Assembly: GCA_016176605.1 (NCBI GenBank)
Contig: JACOWW010000003.1
Location: forward strand, 30,138-94,137
Length of the DNA: 64,000 nt
Direction of reading: 5' to 3'
DNA from: Candidatus Saccharimonadota bacterium
GTDB lineage: Bacteria; Patescibacteriota; Saccharimonadia; Saccharimonadales; UBA10212
The position numbers were made by a program, and so were the translations under genes. Under the pieces are notes generated by a model. It had not been told where the DNA came from, searched no databases, and worked only from the letters and a program-made list of their open reading frames with translations. Of this stretch, positions 59,031 to 64,000 are shown one piece after another. Position 1 is the first letter of the stretch. The number at the start of each line of letters is the position of its first letter.

Positions 59031-61238
59031 TTAATCTACTCGCGCATCCTGGTTTAGCAGGCGTTGGCGCATTTGGGCGAAACGGCGCTGCTGTTCCAGC
59101 GCGATTTCTTCCGGCGTTTTTGGCCGCTCGCCATTGATTCCCGGCTTGTGGAGGTCGTTATTTACTTTTTCCGTACGGCCGCCAATGACATTAACAACCG
59201 GAATAACAATCGGGCTGCGCTGGGTTTGTTCGTACAAAAAGTGTGTAACATAGTCTTTCAGCTCGGCTTTAAAGCGGTCTAGATCGACGCGCTTGAAGCG
59301 CTGGGCAACGGCTCGGCGCAATTCGGAACGAAAGGCATTCATTAGTTCCTCGTTTTCTTTCATGTAAATGAAGCCGCGGCTAATAATATCCGGGCTGGTC
59401 AGCAGATTACCGGTCTTTTTATCAATGGTCAGAACAACCGCTACCACGCCCTCTTCGGCCAGCAGAACCCGGTCTTTAACGACTACTGTGCTAACTACCG
59501 CACCAGTTTGATCGACCAAAATGGTGCCGTGCGGCACTTCGCCAGACAGTTCCATCTTGTCACGAGTGAAGGCTATGACCTGGCCGTTTTCAACGTTAGC
59601 CGTGTTGGCACGTGGTATTCCCTCTTCCAGCGCGATATCAATATGATATTTTTTAGCCGTGTAGTCCCCATAAATAGGTATAAAGAACTTGGGCTTTGTC
59701 AGCTTGATGATATCCCTGTATTCTTCAGTGCCGCCATGGCCTGATACGTGCAGCGGCCCGCCGCCATCCAGTTCATAGGTTTCGTGGCGGTGGACATGAA
59801 CACCCTTTTTCAACAACTCATCGACCATAGAACGGATAAGTGCGTCATTACCGGTATACGGAATAGCTCGGCTGGACAATATTACGGTGTCCTGTTCTTT
59901 TAGTGATACGTGTTTATGGTCGCCCATACTCATACGTACTAACGCTGAGTTTGGCTCACCTTGGCCGCCTGTACAAACTATGACTACCTGCTCGTCTTTC
60001 ATATTAGGCACGCTGGCAATCGGCACAAAAGTGCCTTTAGGGATTTTCATGAAGCCATTTCTAACAGCCATTTCTATGGTGCTAATCATACTGCGGCCAT
60101 CCAAAGCGATTTTTTTGCCATGATGAACTGCGGCATTGACGATCATCTGCACGCGGTTAACATTGGTAGAAAATATGGCCACAAAGATACGGCCAGGAGC
60201 TTGATCCATAATGTCGACGAAGCTTTTTTCGATCTGGCTTTCAGACAATGTCCGACCGATAGTTTCGGTCGTAGTCGATTCGCTCAAAAGAACATGCACG
60301 CCTTCTTTGGCCAGCTCTTCCAGTCGCGCCAGGTCTGTGCGTTCATGATCCAGCGGGTTTGGGTCAAGGCGGAAGTCACCAGTATTGATTAGCCGGCCAA
60401 CGGGTGTATCAACTACAACCATGGTACTGCCGGGGATAGAGTGCGTGACCCGCACTAGTTCTATATAAAATTCACCCAGCTTCAGCCGCTCGTGAGTGGT
60501 TTCGTTCATAATCACAGTCTGCAAGTGGAAACCATCGGGCATCGGCAAACCAAAATTTTCAAAAATTTCTTCTACCCGGCCGATGGTAAAACGGCCGCCG
60601 TAAACCGGCACATTGTATTTAGGCAGTATGTGCGGCAGGCCGCCCATATGGTCTAAATGCCCGTGGGTTATGACGAAGCCGCGCAGTTTATTTTTGATCT
60701 GGTCAAGATACGTGGTGTCGGCAATACCGTAGTTAATACCCGGCAGGTCGACTCCTAAGTCATTGCCGCAGTCGATAACGATTGCATCATTTTGGTACTC
60801 AACAACCATCATGTTTTTAGAACCGCCGCCATCCATGCCGCCCAGACCAATAATTTTCAGGCGTGGACTGTCATCAATTAAGTTGGCACGGCGCCCTGTA
60901 CCAGACGGTTCAGGGCGACGCCCTGTACCAGACGGTTCAGGGCGACGCCCTGTACCAGCCCCGACGCCCTGGCCGGGGCCCTGACTATCCGTCGGGGACG
61001 GCACGGGGCGGGGCGGCCGATCTCCGGCAGCTGCCGGATGTTTAGCAGCAGCGTCTAAGTACTGGTTGGCAACGCGGTTAGCGTCGCTAACTGCCTGTCT
61101 TTGGGCCCGTATTGCAGCGCCGCGTGATACGGACCGGCCAGTCGACGTTGTCATTGCCCTACCGGAAGCCGTCCTGTTGTTCGGAAGAGGCTGCCTACTG
61201 GCAGCCGGGCGTTTACTATTGTTTGGTTTTTTATCCAT
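59031..61238 (-). CDS. rnj: Ribonuclease J with a long low-complexity N-terminal extension
   Basis: Metallo-beta-lactamase motif ITHGHLDHMGG, beta-CASP region and C-terminal domain. About 120 aa of Arg/Pro/Gly-rich leader. Confidence 0.9.
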   Translation of the reverse strand: MDKKPNNSKRPAASRQPLPNNRTASGRAMTTSTGRSVSRGAAIRAQRQAVSDANRVANQYLDAAAKHPAAAGDRPPRPVPSPTDSQGPGQGVGAGTGRRPEPSGTGRRPEPSGTGRRANLIDDSPRLKIIGLGGMDGGGSKNMMVVEYQNDAIVIDCGNDLGVDLPGINYGIADTTYLDQIKNKLRGFVITHGHLDHMGGLPHILPKYNVPVYGGRFTIGRVEEIFENFGLPMPDGFHLQTVIMNETTHERLKLGEFYIELVRVTHSIPGSTMVVVDTPVGRLINTGDFRLDPNPLDHERTDLARLEELAKEGVHVLLSESTTTETIGRTLSESQIEKSFVDIMDQAPGRIFVAIFSTNVNRVQMIVNAAVHHGKKIALDGRSMISTIEMAVRNGFMKIPKGTFVPIASVPNMKDEQVVIVCTGGQGEPNSALVRMSMGDHKHVSLKEQDTVILSSRAIPYTGNDALIRSMVDELLKKGVHVHRHETYELDGGGPLHVSGHGGTEEYRDIIKLTKPKFFIPIYGDYTAKKYHIDIALEEGIPRANTANVENGQVIAFTRDKMELSGEVPHGTILVDQTGAVVSTVVVKDRVLLAEEGVVAVVLTIDKKTGNLLTSPDIISRGFIYMKENEELMNAFRSELRRAVAQRFKRVDLDRFKAELKDYVTHFLYEQTQRSPIVIPVVNVIGGRTEKVNNDLHKPGINGERPKTPEEIALEQQRRFAQMRQRLLNQDARVD
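60888..60958. repeat. 27-bp in-frame tandem repeat (x2.6) in the RNase J N-terminal extension
   Basis: Encodes GTGRRPEPS GTGRRPEPS GTGRR. Confidence 0.85.
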
Positions 61239-61256
61239 AATATAGTTTTTCCTTTC

Positions 61257-61859
61257 CTAGCTTAGTGTTTTTATAATTTTGGCTTCTTGATTAATTTTCT
61301 TTAAAATAGCTGGGATTTTCATAAAATCGTCAATTAATGTCTGGCGCATGCTTCCGTTGTATAAGGCAGCTGCGGGGTGGAAGAGCGGAAGGTAGACTTG
61401 CCCTTGGTATCTTTTTGGCTGACCGTGGCATTTACTTATTTGCAGGCCCGGCAAGAAGCATTCCATACTATGACGGCCAAGAGTCACCACGATTTTTGGC
61501 TTGATGGCTTCCAGCTGGGCGCGCAAAAATGGTAAAAAGGTAGCTTTCTCGTCCGGGTACGGGTCGCGATTATCTGGAGGGCGGTATTTAACAATATTGG
61601 TGATATAAACATCCTTCCTTTTCAGCCCGATCATAGCCAGCATTTCATTCAAAAACTGGCCGGCGGCGCCGACGAATGGCAGTCCTTGCTCATCTTCACT
61701 CTTACCCGGCGCCTCACCTATAAAAACCAGCTCCGCTTTGGCGCTGCCATCGCCAAACACTAATTGTATTGCGCTAGCAGCTAGTTCCGGACAAATGTTT
61801 TGCTTCAAAATCTCAGCCTTGATTTTCTTTAGTTGTGCTTCTTTTTTACTCATTCTCAC
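61257..61859 (-). CDS. Family-4 uracil-DNA glycosylase
   Basis: FIGEAPGKSEDEQGLPFVGAAGQFL and HPAAALY. Confidence 0.85.
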   Translation of the reverse strand: MRMSKKEAQLKKIKAEILKQNICPELAASAIQLVFGDGSAKAELVFIGEAPGKSEDEQGLPFVGAAGQFLNEMLAMIGLKRKDVYITNIVKYRPPDNRDPYPDEKATFLPFLRAQLEAIKPKIVVTLGRHSMECFLPGLQISKCHGQPKRYQGQVYLPLFHPAAALYNGSMRQTLIDDFMKIPAILKKINQEAKIIKTLS

Positions 61860-61916
61860 CCCCTAGAGGTCCGACCTTGGAAAAAGCAAAGAGATTTTAT
61901 GCAAAATCACCAGATT

Positions 61917-62153
61917 TTACCTACCTTTTTCCAAGGTCGGACCTCTTTTTAGTACACGGAACGTGCTTTTGATTCCCCACACCAGGAAAATGATTGCCAG
62001 AGCGTATTCCAGCAGGCTGCCTGAGTCAATCGCCAAGCTGGCAAAACCGTAAGCAATACCAAGGAAAATTAAGGCCATAGTGACTCTCACCCACCGCTTA
62101 TTAAGTAACCTCTGTTCGTCTTTCCTAGCCATTTTTACCTTCTTCGCCCGCAA
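61917..62153 (-). CDS. Small membrane protein (78 aa, 2 TM segments)
   Basis: ORF with a GAAGG SD and two hydrophobic helices. Confidence 0.4.
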   Translation of the reverse strand: MRAKKVKMARKDEQRLLNKRWVRVTMALIFLGIAYGFASLAIDSGSLLEYALAIIFLVWGIKSTFRVLKRGPTLEKGR

Positions 62154-62207
62154 AAATTTCTTTGAAATTTCGGCAGGTTGTACCTAATTTATTCTGTTTT
62201 CGCAACA

Positions 62208-64000
62208 TTATTTATTACCCTTTTCCCGTTGAGCCGCTCGCATGGATAACTGCAAACGGCCGCGGTCATCAATAGCTACTAATTTTACAGTTACACGGTC
62301 GCCTTCTTTAACGACATCGCTCGGTTTTTCAACCCTTTCCTCTTTCATCTCGCTAACATGCACCAGACCTTCTTTGCCCGGCAAGATTTCCACAAAGGCG
62401 CCAAAGTCTAAAACGCTTACAACTCGGCAATCTTCGTAAATCTTGCCAACTTCCGGCTCGGCTGTAAGGGTACGGATGAACTGAATAGCCGCATCTATGC
62501 TCTTTTTATCCGGGCTGGCAACCATTACCAGGCCATCGTCTTTAATATCAATTTCGGCGCCGGTTTCGGCAATAATTTTATTGATTGTCTCGCCGCCTTT
62601 ACCTATGACTTCACGAATTTTCTCCGGATTTATCATGATGGTTTCGACACGCGGCGCGTAAGGGCTCATTTCGGCCCTAGGTTCCGGTAAGATGGCGAGC
62701 ATGTGCTGTAAAATCTCGGCGCGGCCGGCTTTGCCCTGCTCCAAAGCTTTTTGCAAAGTTTCTACTGGCAGGCCGTGGACTTTCATATCCATCTGGAGGG
62801 CTGTAATACCCTTGGAAGTGCCAGCTACTTTAAAGTCCATGTCGCCGGCGAAGTCTTCGGCGTCGGCAATATCGGTCAAAATAACTGGCTTCTTACCATC
62901 GGTCATTAATCCCATGGCAATACCGCTGACTGGCGCGCTTAAGGGGACGCCGGCGTCCATTAGGGCTAAACAGCTGGCACAGGTTGCTGCCATAGATGTT
63001 GAACCATTCTGGCTCATAATTTCGGTTACGGCGCGGATGGTGTAAGGAAAATCCGCCTCGGGAGGAATTACCGGTTCCAGCGCCCGTTCAGCCAAATGGC
63101 TATGGCCGATTTCGCGGCGGCCGGGAGCCCCTAAACGACGCACTTCTCCAACTGTATAACCGGGTGCATTGTAGTGGTGCAAATAGCGTTTTTCGGTATT
63201 TTCTTCCATGGTATCAATCATCTGGGCATAAGAAAGCGGCGCCAAAGTGACGACATTCATAGCCTGGGTCACACCTCGCGTAAATAAACTAGAGCCATGG
63301 GCCCGCGGCAAAAAGCCAACTTCACTGGACAGCGGCCGGATTTCGGTAATTTTACGGCCATCGGGACGAATATTTTCAATCAAAATCGACTGGCGCAAAT
63401 CTTCATGTAAGGCCGTCACGAAAGCTTCATCGTAATCCGGTTTGGCTTTGATAAATTCTTCACCTTCTTGGGCCTCAAAATGGGCATACATTGACTCGCG
63501 CAACTTGTTTACTAAATCGCCGCGTTCGGGATGCGGTGCGCGCAAGTTGGCGCCCAGCTTGCCAAATAGCCATTTATCCACTCGTTTTTGGATAGCTTCA
63601 TCTGGTTTCAGCAGTTCATATTGCTGTGGCGTAACGCCAACTTTTTTAATAAGTTCATCTTGCAGCAAAATAGCTGGCTGGATTTGTTTATAGGCAAATT
63701 CCAGCGCTTCAACTATTTGGGCTTCTGATACTTCTTTGGCGCCGGCTTCGGCCATCATGATACCGCTTTTCGTACCGGCAACTACTAGGTCTAACGAACC
63801 TTGGTCTAGCTCTTCGGGGCTGGCAAAAGCTTTGAGCTTACCTTCGACCAGACCTACGCGCAGGCCGGCAATTGGGCCTTCAAACGGCGCGCCGCTTAGC
63901 ATGAAAGCGGCGCTCATGGCAATCATTGCTACCATATCAGGACGGAAGTTCGGGTCCATGCTTAGAACCGTGACGACGCCCTGCACTTCATTCCTATAAC
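62208..64000 (-). CDS. pnp: Polyribonucleotide nucleotidyltransferase (PNPase), N-terminus outside the window
   Basis: Two RNase PH domains, a KH domain (IREVIGKGGETINKI) and an S1 domain (GKIYEDCRVVSVLDFGAFVEILPGKEGLVHVSE). The frame is open to the window edge. Confidence 0.9.
   Translation of the reverse strand, partial: YRNEVQGVVTVLSMDPNFRPDMVAMIAMSAAFMLSGAPFEGPIAGLRVGLVEGKLKAFASPEELDQGSLDLVVAGTKSGIMMAEAGAKEVSEAQIVEALEFAYKQIQPAILLQDELIKKVGVTPQQYELLKPDEAIQKRVDKWLFGKLGANLRAPHPERGDLVNKLRESMYAHFEAQEGEEFIKAKPDYDEAFVTALHEDLRQSILIENIRPDGRKITEIRPLSSEVGFLPRAHGSSLFTRGVTQAMNVVTLAPLSYAQMIDTMEENTEKRYLHHYNAPGYTVGEVRRLGAPGRREIGHSHLAERALEPVIPPEADFPYTIRAVTEIMSQNGSTSMAATCASCLALMDAGVPLSAPVSGIAMGLMTDGKKPVILTDIADAEDFAGDMDFKVAGTSKGITALQMDMKVHGLPVETLQKALEQGKAGRAEILQHMLAILPEPRAEMSPYAPRVETIMINPEKIREVIGKGGETINKIIAETGAEIDIKDDGLVMVASPDKKSIDAAIQFIRTLTAEPEVGKIYEDCRVVSVLDFGAFVEILPGKEGLVHVSEMKEERVEKPSDVVKEGDRVTVKLVAIDDRGRLQLSMRAAQREKGNK

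Noticed and set aside
1-64000. Alternative genetic code (UGA recoded, as in some CPR lineages)
   Set aside because: Conserved genes (tgt, pilB, pilT, ftsK, rnj, ychF) are full-length and uninterrupted under code 11, with normal ends. No in-frame TGA is needed.

Overview
This is a 64-kb chromosomal segment using the standard genetic code. From gene content I infer a small-genome Patescibacteria/CPR (Saccharibacteria-like) bacterium: operons are compact, many starts look leaderless, there is a large type IV pilus locus, and some ribosomal proteins are extended. No database search was possible, so all protein calls rest on motifs read by eye. Contents: (i) Housekeeping genes (tgt, nrdR, pyrH, ndk, a xerC/D-like recombinase, ychF, tlyA, efp, rpsF-ssb-rpsR, ftsK, RNase J, family-4 UDG, pnp) and 4 tRNAs. 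(ii) A ~17-kb minus-strand type IV pilus locus: pilM-N-O, pilB, pilT, pilC, major pilin, pilD, four pseudopilins (two of them modular paralogues) and a PilX-like giant protein. (iii) A visibly AT-rich ~9-kb island (12.6-21.8 kb) with sugar/nucleoside-modifying enzymes, an ABC-F ATPase, an APH-like kinase and a truncated class-I LysRS paralogue. (iv) Two or three type II toxin-antitoxin modules, two of them next to 34-bp duplications of a neighbouring gene's 3' end. (v) An AT-rich accessory stretch (42-48 kb) with hypothetical proteins, a proteasome-type Ntn-hydrolase homologue and a secreted nuclease. The most unusual signal is non-genic. Several families of short inverted-repeat elements and 7-nt tandem arrays fill the intergenic spacers. 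One family brackets upstream regions right up to start codons. In three cases an element sits in frame inside a gene (tgt, ychF, a prepilin leader). A ~570-bp GC-rich, hairpin-dense non-coding segment (58.2-58.7 kb) could not be assigned to any known RNA class by eye.
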